Source of the DNA: an uncultured bacterium
GTDB taxonomy: Bacteria; Patescibacteriota; Dojkabacteria; SC72
Reading direction: 5' to 3'
Assembly (NCBI GenBank): GCA_937899155.1
Contig: CALDJM010000033.1
Coordinates: 1 to 34,083, forward strand
Length of the DNA: 34,083 nucleotides
Positions 18,521 through 26,273 of the stretch are shown here, piece by piece. The notes beneath the pieces were generated by a model, which did not search any database, was not told the origin of the DNA, and saw only the letters and a list, made by a program, of their open reading frames with translations. The position numbers were made by a program, and so were the translations under genes. Numbering within the stretch: position 1 is the stretch's first letter; each line of letters opens with the position of its first letter.

Positions 18521-19702
18521 CTATTCTCTGATTACTGTAAATGGATATGAAAAATGTTCTATCCAAGATTTATAACCATTAAATCCAGTTGGAGATATTC
18601 CACCCCATCCTTCGTTATATCTTACTAAGCTATGCCCAGTATTTATTGTGTATCTTGAGAATCTAGTAGATTCTACAATATTTTCAATAAAAGATTTGTT
18701 GTCTGACAAAATATTTACGCCTAATCGAAATTTCCGATTATGAATCCATTCTAATAATTCTTCTTGTGATGAGTAGCTTAATAACCATAAGGTTGGTAAA
18801 AACTGAGCAGATTTAATTAACTCACCATTAGGATTGATGTTAGACATAATATATGGAAATTCTCCATTAATCTTTTGTATTTCTATAGTAGTTTCTTTTT
18901 TAATAAGGTTTTGGAAATTGTTTATAAGAATTTCTCCTGGTTGATAGTTTTCGGGAATATATTTTGAGAACTCTCCTGACTTAGTCATCTGATTACATGT
19001 TTCTATTAAAAGATCTTTATAATGAGGATAGAGTTCACTATTAATATATATCCCTTGAATTCTTTGACAACTTTGTCCTGTATGTAGAAAACTGTCATGT
19101 ATAGTTGTTTTAATACTCTCTTTATCTATATCTTTAATGTCAGAGATATTTATAATTTGAAAATCAGAAGCTTCAATTTCTGGATGAAACTCGATCAGAT
19201 TTTCTGCACAGATTTTTGCTATTTGTTTTGCATTCTCAAAACCTCCAAAGAAGTATACTGCATCCATATCGTGAATGATGTTTGTCACTTCTTCTTTGGA
19301 ACAAACATGTATATTCAATGGAAGCTGATATTTATTGATAATACCACTGTTCTCCCAAATGTGAGAAAAGAAATTAAGTGCTTTACTGCTTGGTTTTATT
19401 TCTACAGTATTTCCTACTACTAGAGCGTTTAGTACAGGTATTATTGACATTATAAAAGGCTCATTATACGAGAGTATGATTAATATGTCTCCTTTGGGAG
19501 ATAAGGTCGTTGAGTTTAGATTGGTCTCAATATTTACTATATACTTTTCTAGGTAACCGATTATATAGTTGTAATCATAATCAATTGCAAAGTCTGTATC
19601 ATTAGTTATATCTTTATTCAGAGTTTTTAAAGATCTCTCATTTTCTCTTAAGTAGGATATTAAATTGTTCGTAATACCCTCTACTTGATTAATCTTCAAC
19701 AT
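18521..19702 (-). CDS. aldehyde dehydrogenase superfamily protein (short; LuxC-like acyl-CoA/acyl-protein reductase candidate)
   Basis: ILSYNEPFIMSIIPVLNALVVGNTVEIKPSSKA resembles the ALDH NAD(P)-binding pattern (P.N.P....AL.AGN.V..KPS). FLHTGQSCQRIQGIYI contains the catalytic-Cys-type motif (GQ.C). Confidence 0.6.
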   Translation of the reverse strand: MLKINQVEGITNNLISYLRENERSLKTLNKDITNDTDFAIDYDYNYIIGYLEKYIVNIETNLNSTTLSPKGDILIILSYNEPFIMSIIPVLNALVVGNTVEIKPSSKALNFFSHIWENSGIINKYQLPLNIHVCSKEEVTNIIHDMDAVYFFGGFENAKQIAKICAENLIEFHPEIEASDFQIINISDIKDIDKESIKTTIHDSFLHTGQSCQRIQGIYINSELYPHYKDLLIETCNQMTKSGEFSKYIPENYQPGEILINNFQNLIKKETTIEIQKINGEFPYIMSNINPNGELIKSAQFLPTLWLLSYSSQEELLEWIHNRKFRLGVNILSDNKSFIENIVESTRFSRYTINTGHSLVRYNEGWGGISPTGFNGYKSWIEHFSYPFTVIRE

Positions 19703-20909
19703 ACTGTACGAGTTTTACTTTATTGTTATCTTCTCTACCAAAGAAATTAGGTTCAACTGAATTTATGTTGAAAGGAACTTTTGTAGTATCTTTAATATCT
19801 TTTTGTAATTTGGGAAGAATCTTGTCATCTTTTACACTAATATAGACTTGCGGAGTATACTTAATATCGTTCTTTTTGATCTTAAAGATTATATCTGATG
19901 ATTTTAAATTGTTTCCAACTATATTAAGAATGAAGTCCCTTAATTCATAAGGATTAACTTTTATCCCTCTGATGAACATCGTATCATTAATACGTCCATG
20001 TATTCTATCTATTCTATAACTTTGTCTTCCGCACTTACATTTCCCTGGAATTATTTTTGTAATATCCCCAGTTCTATATCTAATTATAGGAGAAGCTTCT
20101 TTTTTTAGGCTTGTAAGCACTAATTCTCCCAACTCTCCTAGTTTTAGAGTTCCCCCTGTCTTGGGGTTGATTATCTCAGCAATGACATAATCGTCAAGGA
20201 TGTGCAAGCCATTGTGATATTCACACTCATATGCGATTCCTGTATTTACTTCACAGAGGCCATAGTGATCAAAAACCTCTATATCGAGGAGTTCTTCAAT
20301 TTTTGCTCTTGTTTGATTTGAATAAATTTCTCCTGCGGCAATAGCCCTTTTAAGATTAAGTTTTTCTCTTGGTATGTTATTCTTCTCTAAAGAATCGCTC
20401 AAGTACAATAAGAAACCGGGAGTAGCAACAATGGTATCAATTTGATAATCAATCATTAAATTGATTTGCTTCATAATTGGTTGTATACCTGCTGGTAATA
20501 CAAAAGCTCCCAGATGTTGTATAGCATATGTATTTATTGCCGCTCCTGAAAATAAGCCATAACTCATTATAAACATTAAGCGACTATCTTTATTTATACC
20601 AAAAGTTTTCCATGCTTTAGATATAGCTTTGTTTCCTTCGAGAATATCCTTTTTTGTGAGGTATGATACAACGGCTTTGCCAGTTGTTCCTGAAGAGGTA
20701 TGTACTTCGATTACATTTTGCATATCTGTTGCTAGTCCTCCAAACGGATAGTTCTCTCTTAAATCTTGCTTTGTTGTAAAGGGTAGTGTAGAGAGATCTT
20801 CTAATCGTGATAATATTTTAAGATTTTTATCTTTATATAAATTCGTTTGTGACGCTGCTTTTATTGTTTTATTAAGATTTTGTAACCTTGATGAGTCATC
20901 TGTTTTCAT
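19689..20909 (-). CDS. adenylate-forming ligase of the PaaK / CapK / LuxE (coenzyme F390 synthetase-like) family
   Basis: AMP-binding P-loop HTSSGTTGKAVVSY. The roughly 400-aa size is typical of the PaaK-like short ANL enzymes. Confidence 0.65.
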   Translation of the reverse strand: MKTDDSSRLQNLNKTIKAASQTNLYKDKNLKILSRLEDLSTLPFTTKQDLRENYPFGGLATDMQNVIEVHTSSGTTGKAVVSYLTKKDILEGNKAISKAWKTFGINKDSRLMFIMSYGLFSGAAINTYAIQHLGAFVLPAGIQPIMKQINLMIDYQIDTIVATPGFLLYLSDSLEKNNIPREKLNLKRAIAAGEIYSNQTRAKIEELLDIEVFDHYGLCEVNTGIAYECEYHNGLHILDDYVIAEIINPKTGGTLKLGELGELVLTSLKKEASPIIRYRTGDITKIIPGKCKCGRQSYRIDRIHGRINDTMFIRGIKVNPYELRDFILNIVGNNLKSSDIIFKIKKNDIKYTPQVYISVKDDKILPKLQKDIKDTTKVPFNINSVEPNFFGREDNNKVKLVQYVED

Positions 20910-22111
20910 ATCAGATTTTCTTTGTGCATATTAATTAATGTGTTTTTTGTTTTTTCAATAATATCTTCTAATATTTCTTGGTGAACTGGTGATAGAAATA
21001 CAGTTTCTGTTGGTAGGGGAGGGAAGAGAATTTTAAGTCTGGCCATTCTTTTGATAAATTCCTGATATGCATTGGCATCAAAATTTTCGTTCGTTATTCC
21101 TTGATTGAAATTTTTACATCCAAAACCTATGGTGAGCATAGAGCCTATCCCTTGTATTGCAATGTTCAAATCGTATTCATGAATTAGGTTGCTTATTTCT
21201 AATCTAAAGCGATCCCCCATTTCATCTAACTGTTCATAAAACTTCTCGTCTTTCAATTTCTTAAGTACTGTTCTGGCTACCGATAAAGAGAGAGGGTGAC
21301 CGTTAAATGTCCCTGCGAAGAATACTTTTCCTGTTGGCATGTAATGTTCCATAATTTCTTTCTTCCCTGCGATAAGAGATAGTGGAAGACCTGAAGCAAT
21401 TGCTTTAGAGAAGGTGGAGAGATCTGGTGTTACATTAAATCTTTTTTGAGATCCTCCAATAGACATCCTGAAGCCATTTACAACCTCATCAAATATTAAA
21501 ACAGTACCTGTTCTTGTACAAATATCTCTGATTTCTTGAAGGTATCCTTCATTTGGTGGAGTACATCCAGAGTTTGCCAAAACGGGTTCAAGTATCATGC
21601 ATGCAAAAGACCCACTTTCGAGTTTCTCAGACACAGCTTTTGGATCATTGAATTTTACAAACTCGGGAGGAGTCTTTATTGTTGTTCCTGTTGTTGAGAC
21701 CATTCCTTCATGTGCACCATGGTAGCCTCCTTTTATAGAAAGAACATTGTTTCTTTTGGTGTAATTTCTTGCAAGTCTTATTGCATATGCTACCGCGTCT
21801 GAACCTGTAGTGGCATATCTGATTACTTCTGCGGAAGGAATAAGATTATGTATTTCTTCTGAATACTCTTTTTCGATAAGTGTTTGATAAGAGAAAAAGA
21901 ATGCTTTCTCTGTAGCGGTTTTGATAGATTTAACGATATCTGGATCTGCGTGTCCAAAAAGTAATGCTCCATATCCCATCCACATGTCAACAAATCTAGA
22001 GCCATCTTTATCATAAACATAAGGTCCTTCTCCTCTGACTATATTTTGGGGATAATATTCAGGTATTGGAATTGGTGAATTAACTCCACCTGCAAGATAA
22101 TTATTACTCAT
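20906..22111 (-). CDS. class III PLP-dependent aminotransferase, glutamate-1-semialdehyde 2,1-aminomutase (HemL)-like
   Basis: GGVNSPIP near the N-terminus, FDEVVNGFR, TFSKAIASGLPLSLIAG (PLP Lys) and FAGTFNGHPLSL. Confidence 0.75.
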   Translation of the reverse strand: MSNNYLAGGVNSPIPIPEYYPQNIVRGEGPYVYDKDGSRFVDMWMGYGALLFGHADPDIVKSIKTATEKAFFFSYQTLIEKEYSEEIHNLIPSAEVIRYATTGSDAVAYAIRLARNYTKRNNVLSIKGGYHGAHEGMVSTTGTTIKTPPEFVKFNDPKAVSEKLESGSFACMILEPVLANSGCTPPNEGYLQEIRDICTRTGTVLIFDEVVNGFRMSIGGSQKRFNVTPDLSTFSKAIASGLPLSLIAGKKEIMEHYMPTGKVFFAGTFNGHPLSLSVARTVLKKLKDEKFYEQLDEMGDRFRLEISNLIHEYDLNIAIQGIGSMLTIGFGCKNFNQGITNENFDANAYQEFIKRMARLKILFPPLPTETVFLSPVHQEILEDIIEKTKNTLINMHKENLI

Positions 22112-22655
22112 GGAAAAGTTTCTTCTTAAAATTTATGTTAATAGCTTTCATAGCTTGAGCCATTTTCTCTTTATGAGAACCTTCTAGCTGAATGTATGGA
22201 ATGTGGTGGGTATCTAGAATACTTTTTATTTGATTGTTAAGAAAAATGTTTTCAACGTTATTAGTTACTCCGTTTTCGGAAGAATTAAATAAAACAATAT
22301 CGTATTTTCTTAGATTAACAATTGCTTTTTCAAACAATTCAGGATTATATTCTCGCAAAATTCCCTCTGAAACAACATAGTTGTCGAGCAACGTGTTATT
22401 AAAGAATGTAAAATTGTTTGAATCCTTGAAAATTTGGAAACTCATAAATTCGTCTAATTTTTTGTCTGTAATACTTTGCAACTCCTCTAAAGACTCGGGT
22501 GTTTGAAGAGATATTTCATTTAAGTTTGTTTTGTAATGATTAGCGAGTTCTCGAGTGATTTTGTTGCTTTCTTCTAAGCCAAACCCTGTAATTGCTATTT
22601 TTGTAACTAAATCTCGATATACAATCTCTGGAAGATAGTCTACATATTTTTTCAT
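22104..22655 (-). CDS. NadR-like C-terminal (ribosylnicotinamide kinase-like) domain with degenerate P-loop; probably the 3' part of a frameshifted gene
   Basis: MKKYVDYLPEIVYRDLVTKIAITGFGLEESNKITRELANHYKT aligns by eye to the remembered NadR segment [50 protein letters not shown] is replaced here by GLEESNKIT. Confidence 0.55.
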   Translation of the reverse strand: MKKYVDYLPEIVYRDLVTKIAITGFGLEESNKITRELANHYKTNLNEISLQTPESLEELQSITDKKLDEFMSFQIFKDSNNFTFFNNTLLDNYVVSEGILREYNPELFEKAIVNLRKYDIVLFNSSENGVTNNVENIFLNNQIKSILDTHHIPYIQLEGSHKEKMAQAMKAININFKKKLFHE

Positions 22656-23067
22656 ATTTTCTCATAGTAGAGGATATATTGATATGTGCTCTATCCATGT
22701 CTACAACAACATTTTCTGCATTTAAGTGACGACTCATATGCTCACCATAGCTTTCTGAAGAGATAAAGTGCGTAATTTTCTTCCCTCTTAATACTTTAGA
22801 GATAAAAAGCTCTTGTTTTCTTTGTACATTCAAATCACTATTATTGTGTTCGTTGGGTGCATCCCATCCTTCTATAACATTCACTTGTGGATATAGCTGT
22901 CTAATCCAGTTTGCTCTAACATTTGTCGGGATGTGGACTCGATCTGGACAATCGTATACTACGAATATTAGTTCATCGACAATGTCAAGAGCTGTATCAA
23001 TTAGATATTGGTGTCCTTTATGCATAGGAGCAACTTTCCCAAGAATTAACCCAGTTGTTTTATTCAT
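22540..23067 (-). CDS. NadR-like N-terminal nucleotidyltransferase (HxGH cytidylyl/adenylyltransferase) domain; the last ~38 codons look out of frame
   Basis: GKVAPMHKGHQYLIDTALDIVDEL (compare GKFYPLHTGHIYLIQRA...VDEL) and ISSTMR (ISxxxxR motif). After ISSTMRK the frame reads a low-complexity R/S-rich tail. Confidence 0.6.
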   Translation of the reverse strand: MNKTTGLILGKVAPMHKGHQYLIDTALDIVDELIFVVYDCPDRVHIPTNVRANWIRQLYPQVNVIEGWDAPNEHNNSDLNVQRKQELFISKVLRGKKITHFISSESYGEHMSRHLNAENVVVDMDRAHINISSTMRKYEKICRLSSRDCISRFSYKNSNYRVWLRRKQQNHSRTR

Positions 23068-23999
23068 AGCAAATCGTTTGATAATCTAAAATTATTATTT
23101 AGTAATTCAATAAGTGATTTATATTCAATGTCTACATTGCATGAAATACCTTTGTTATTGGGCGAGTTAATCTTGTGGCCTATATGTAAAAGATATGTAA
23201 ACATAAAAAGTGTTCTTCTAAGCATTAGAAAATGTAGCATATCTAATTGTTGTTGAGTAAGAATGGGGAATTTGTCTTGATAAGCCCGAATATAAGTTTC
23301 AATTAGATTCATGTCTGAGCCCGTAGTGTTTATTATGAGCTCCTTCATCGCGATAGCAATATCACTAATTACGGGTGCAAAGTGACTTTCTCCGAAATCA
23401 ATGAATAACAATTCTTGCTTTGAGTTTTGTAAAATATTAACTAGCTCTAGATCTTCATGAATTATTGATTTCGGGAGATCAAAATTTTTATATTTTGATA
23501 TATATGAATCTACCTTCTCTTTTGCTAAGTTGATGACATCTTCTATCTCAGAATCTTCTTCTTTTCTGGAGAAAAGATCTATAAAGCTTAAATCAAAAAT
23601 GGAGAATCTTTCTCTTTTGCCCTTAGGACTAAAGTTTTGTAGCGTTTTGTGCATATCCGCTTGCATATGAGCGATTTTTTCGAGGGTTTCCTTTTTAATG
23701 TCAACAGGTGACAAGGGATCGCCATCGAAATATTTGTATAAAATAAATATTTCATCTTCGAATTGTAAAATCTCTCCAAATGTTTCTATATATCCTTTTG
23801 TAGATTTGGATAATTTTTCTAGTACAGATTTCTCAAATACTAGTTCGTCAAGATCCTTTAGGGGAAATATTTTGAGGACAAATTTCTTATTGTCTTCTGT
23901 TTCAATTAGAAAGCAACTGTTCTCATGTCCAGAATCAATCACTGTAAGTTTTTTACAGTGTAAAAAACTAAGACTATTTCTAATCGTCAAAATGTCCAT
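23064..23999 (-). CDS. APH-fold small-molecule kinase (aminoglycoside/choline/homoserine-kinase-like phosphotransferase)
   Basis: Brenner motif IIHEDLELVNIL (HxDxxxxN), FIDFGES (DFG-like) and an N-terminal VIDSGHENSCFLIE...FVLKIF nucleotide-binding region. I prefer the ATG at 23999. The ORF-track start at 24044 is a TTG that doubles as a -35-like TTGACG. Confidence 0.7.
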   Translation of the reverse strand: MDILTIRNSLSFLHCKKLTVIDSGHENSCFLIETEDNKKFVLKIFPLKDLDELVFEKSVLEKLSKSTKGYIETFGEILQFEDEIFILYKYFDGDPLSPVDIKKETLEKIAHMQADMHKTLQNFSPKGKRERFSIFDLSFIDLFSRKEEDSEIEDVINLAKEKVDSYISKYKNFDLPKSIIHEDLELVNILQNSKQELLFIDFGESHFAPVISDIAIAMKELIINTTGSDMNLIETYIRAYQDKFPILTQQQLDMLHFLMLRRTLFMFTYLLHIGHKINSPNNKGISCNVDIEYKSLIELLNNNFRLSNDLL

Positions 24000-24015
24000 A
24001 GTTATATGACAGATG

Positions 24016-24044
24016 ATTTTATAGTAAATACGACATTTCGTCAA
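24016..24044 (-). promoter_or_regulatory. candidate promoter of the kinase operon (-35 TTGACG, 17-nt spacer, -10 TAAAAT) squeezed against the IS end
   Basis: The minus strand reads caagaaTTGACGaaatgtcgtatttacTATAAAATcatctgtcatataactATG. The -35 begins 7 nt from the IS inverted repeat. Confidence 0.35.
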
Positions 24045-24050
24045 TTCTTG

Positions 24051-24075
24051 CTTAATGTCTCATGACATTTGTCCA
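24051..24075. repeat. IS terminal inverted repeat, left (CTTAATGTCTCATGACATTTGTCCA)
   Basis: It is the perfect reverse complement of 24984..25008 and contains the transposase stop codon. Confidence 0.85.
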
Positions 24076-24962
24076 CCTAATATTACCTCCATTGGTGTCT
24101 TTAAATCAATTCCTAAATGTGGTCTATCTGTGTTGTACTCCTCTAACCACAGTCTAAACTGCTCTCTTAAATCATCATAATCCTTTGGTCTTTTCATTCT
24201 AAAAAAGAAGAACTCCTCCTCATCTGTTCTAAAACTTCTCTCAATCACAGCATTCTCATTAGGACTACTCTTGTGTGTGAAGTGATGATTCATACCTAAA
24301 GCATTAACATGCTTAACAAATCTACTCTGAAACTCTAACCCATTATCAGTTTGAAGAAAGACTGGTTTGAAAGGTAGTCTAGGTACAATCTCAAGTAGAG
24401 AAGATATTGCACAATCCATATTTAAGTGATTGAAAATCACAGCATCTTTGTATCTTGAGTATATATCAATGATTGCATACTCGTAACATGTCCAAGGAAG
24501 CCCTGAGAGCTCAGGAGTGATATATTTCACATCCATTTGTAAATATCCTACTTCTTTTGTATTTCTTAGATACATATGTTTAGTTTTTTGATATCTAGGT
24601 CTTCTATGATTATGGTAATTATCTACTAAACCTTTTCTTTTTAGAAGCCTATGTATTGTATTATGGTGCAGGTCTAATTTCAGTACATACTTAATTTTTC
24701 TAGCACAAAAGCCTTTTTCTTTTTTCAACTTAACAATCTTTCTACTAATTGGATGTGTTAGTTTTGTGTGTATTGTTTTTGGTTTTGTGCTTTTTCTTTC
24801 TATCTTTACCTTTCTGATTGGTGTGAGACCGCTTTTCTGTTTGGCTTTTTTGTACCATCTTTTTACAGTTTTAGAACTAATTCCTAGTTCTTTAGCGGTC
24901 TTTACGGCATCGTAATCATTGTCAATGTATCTATTGACTATTGTTTTTGGTTGTATCCTCAT
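24060..24962 (-). CDS. DDE transposase (integrase core/rve fold) with N-terminal HTH
   Basis: HTH VKTAKELGISSKTVKRWYKK. The catalytic residues are D in YLQMDVKY, D in LQTDNGLEF (62 residues later) and E in NAVIERSF (35 residues later). Confidence 0.85.
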   Translation of the reverse strand: MRIQPKTIVNRYIDNDYDAVKTAKELGISSKTVKRWYKKAKQKSGLTPIRKVKIERKSTKPKTIHTKLTHPISRKIVKLKKEKGFCARKIKYVLKLDLHHNTIHRLLKRKGLVDNYHNHRRPRYQKTKHMYLRNTKEVGYLQMDVKYITPELSGLPWTCYEYAIIDIYSRYKDAVIFNHLNMDCAISSLLEIVPRLPFKPVFLQTDNGLEFQSRFVKHVNALGMNHHFTHKSSPNENAVIERSFRTDEEEFFFFRMKRPKDYDDLREQFRLWLEEYNTDRPHLGIDLKTPMEVILGGQMS

Positions 24963-24983
24963 GACTTTAGTTTATGTTAACTA

Positions 24984-25008
24984 TGGACAAATGTCATGAG
25001 ACATTAAG
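24984..25008. repeat. IS terminal inverted repeat, right (TGGACAAATGTCATGAGACATTAAG)
   Basis: It is the perfect reverse complement of 24051..24075. Confidence 0.85.
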
Positions 25009-25341
25009 GAGGGTGGTATTCGACCGAGTACAGGACAAGCTCAAAAGATAGCAATTGCTCGCTTCTTCTACAGAAATGCTCCTCTTGCAATATTTGACGA
25101 GCCAACTGCAGCAATCGATGCAGTTTCTGAGTACAAGATATTTAACAGGATATATAATTTCTTTGATAATAAAACTGTCATTATCATCTCACATAGATTT
25201 AGTACAGTAAGAAATGCAGATAGGATAATCGTTTTAGACAAAGGCAAAGTCGTTGAAGAGGGAAGCCATGAAGAGCTTGTTAAAAAGAAAGGTGGAACAT
25301 ATAGCAAATCATACAAACTACAAGCAGAGGGATACAAGTAA
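25009..25341 (+). pseudogene. 3' relic (111 codons) of an MsbA-like ABC exporter ATP-binding domain, truncated by the IS
   Basis: My translation in frame from the first base after the IS repeat reads EGGIRPSTGQAQKIAIARFFYRNAPLAIFDEPTAAIDAVSEYKIF...IIISHRFSTVRNADRIIVLDKGKVVEEGSHEEL...*. It has the signature remnant, Walker B and H-loop but no Walker A, TMD or start. It parallels the tail of the exporter at 1..1817. Confidence 0.8.
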
Positions 25342-25418
25342 CTTCAAGTACCTATAACAATATTAAATATCTGTTAAAAGCGACCTTAAACACCCTTACC
25401 ATAAGGATAAAATGTACC

Positions 25419-25427
25419 GACCAGGTC
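25419..25427. repeat. palindrome GACC-A-GGTC (member of RACC-W-GGTY motif set)
   Basis: Read directly. It is intergenic, between the ABC relic and the end of the ABC-2 permease gene. Confidence 0.5.
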
Positions 25428-25448
25428 TGGTGAACGGTTAATTAAGTG

Positions 25449-26273
25449 TTAACTGCTTGCACTGGAGTACCTTTTTACATTCATATTCCACACTAGTTTG
25501 GATATTACTAAAAGTATAATCCCAATCACCAACCCCACCAAAACAAATCCATAACTAAATCTTCCAATCATAATATTGGCAGGTACTGTTGTTAGAAATG
25601 CAATTGGTATTGCTGTATAAAAAACAACACTTAATGAGCTTCCAAATACATCAATAGGATATTTTGTTAGACCTAGTAATTCTTTTGCAATTGAAAGAAT
25701 ACCATTTCTAGGATTGGAGATTGTAAAGCTAGCAAAGAAAAGGTATATGGCATACCAAATTAACAATGCTACACATATTGCAACAATACCAACTAGGACA
25801 TTGAGAAAAGATATACTCCCCCACTCTGCAATAATATAGTAAAGAATTAATATGAATCCCGATAGTGCTGTAATGAAGTTTGTAATGAAGAAGTCTGAGA
25901 ATGATGCATAGAACGATGATGAGATGGGTTTGAGAAGTATATAGTCAAACTTTCCTTCAATTACTTTTGATTCTAAATATAGAAGATTTGTTGAGAACAG
26001 AGACCAACCAATGTAATTAAGAACATTCCAAATACCAATAACTAGATATGTTTGGGATCTACTCCAACCTGCATACATTTCACTCTTTCCAAATAGTACA
26101 TTAAGTAATGCAATTTGAATCCCAACAACAAGAAGAGTTCGCAGAAATCTAACAAAAATATCTGTTTTGTATAGATAACTTCGCTTAATTCCTCCCCTAA
26201 CTACTTGTTTCCATACTCTAAAGTAGTAGGAAAATGTTCTTTTATTTTGTTTTTCAGATTCCTTCCGCTTCAT
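25449..26273 (-). CDS. ABC-2 family transporter permease
   Basis: Multi-TM protein. GKFDYILLKPISSSFY resembles the remembered ABC-2/DUF990 pattern (G.ld..LlkP). I prefer the ATG at 26273 (MKRKESEKQ...). The track start at 26342 is TTG. Confidence 0.6.
   Translation of the reverse strand: MKRKESEKQNKRTFSYYFRVWKQVVRGGIKRSYLYKTDIFVRFLRTLLVVGIQIALLNVLFGKSEMYAGWSRSQTYLVIGIWNVLNYIGWSLFSTNLLYLESKVIEGKFDYILLKPISSSFYASFSDFFITNFITALSGFILILYYIIAEWGSISFLNVLVGIVAICVALLIWYAIYLFFASFTISNPRNGILSIAKELLGLTKYPIDVFGSSLSVVFYTAIPIAFLTTVPANIMIGRFSYGFVLVGLVIGIILLVISKLVWNMNVKRYSSASS

Larger units (their letters stand above)
24051..25008 (-). mobile_element. IS element, IS481-family-like (single HTH + DD(35)E rve transposase), 958 bp
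   Basis: It is bounded by perfect 25-bp terminal inverted repeats and contains one 300-aa transposase ORF filling almost the whole element. Confidence 0.8.

Noticed and set aside
18489-18531. G-rich GGGAGGGAGG followed by ATG and a 10-codon mini-ORF (18499..18531), a possible leader peptide
   Set aside because: It points into the 3' end of the convergent ALDH-like gene with nothing downstream to regulate. It is most likely chance. Its G-richness is unusual for this DNA, so I recorded it.
24045-25014. Target-site duplication flanking the IS
   Set aside because: I compared 4-10 nt outside both inverted repeats (TTCTTG versus GAGGGT) and found no direct repeat. The CTTAA/TTAAG at the tips are inverted, so they are part of the repeats.
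25068-25337. 89-aa minus-strand ORF
   Set aside because: It is the antisense shadow of the ABC ATPase relic, whose plus-strand translation carries Walker B and H-loop motifs.
25416-25431. Intrinsic terminator after the ABC-2 permease gene
   Set aside because: The dyad has a single-base centre, so only about 3 bp could pair around a minimal loop, and there is no U-tract. I treated it as a DNA palindrome instead.
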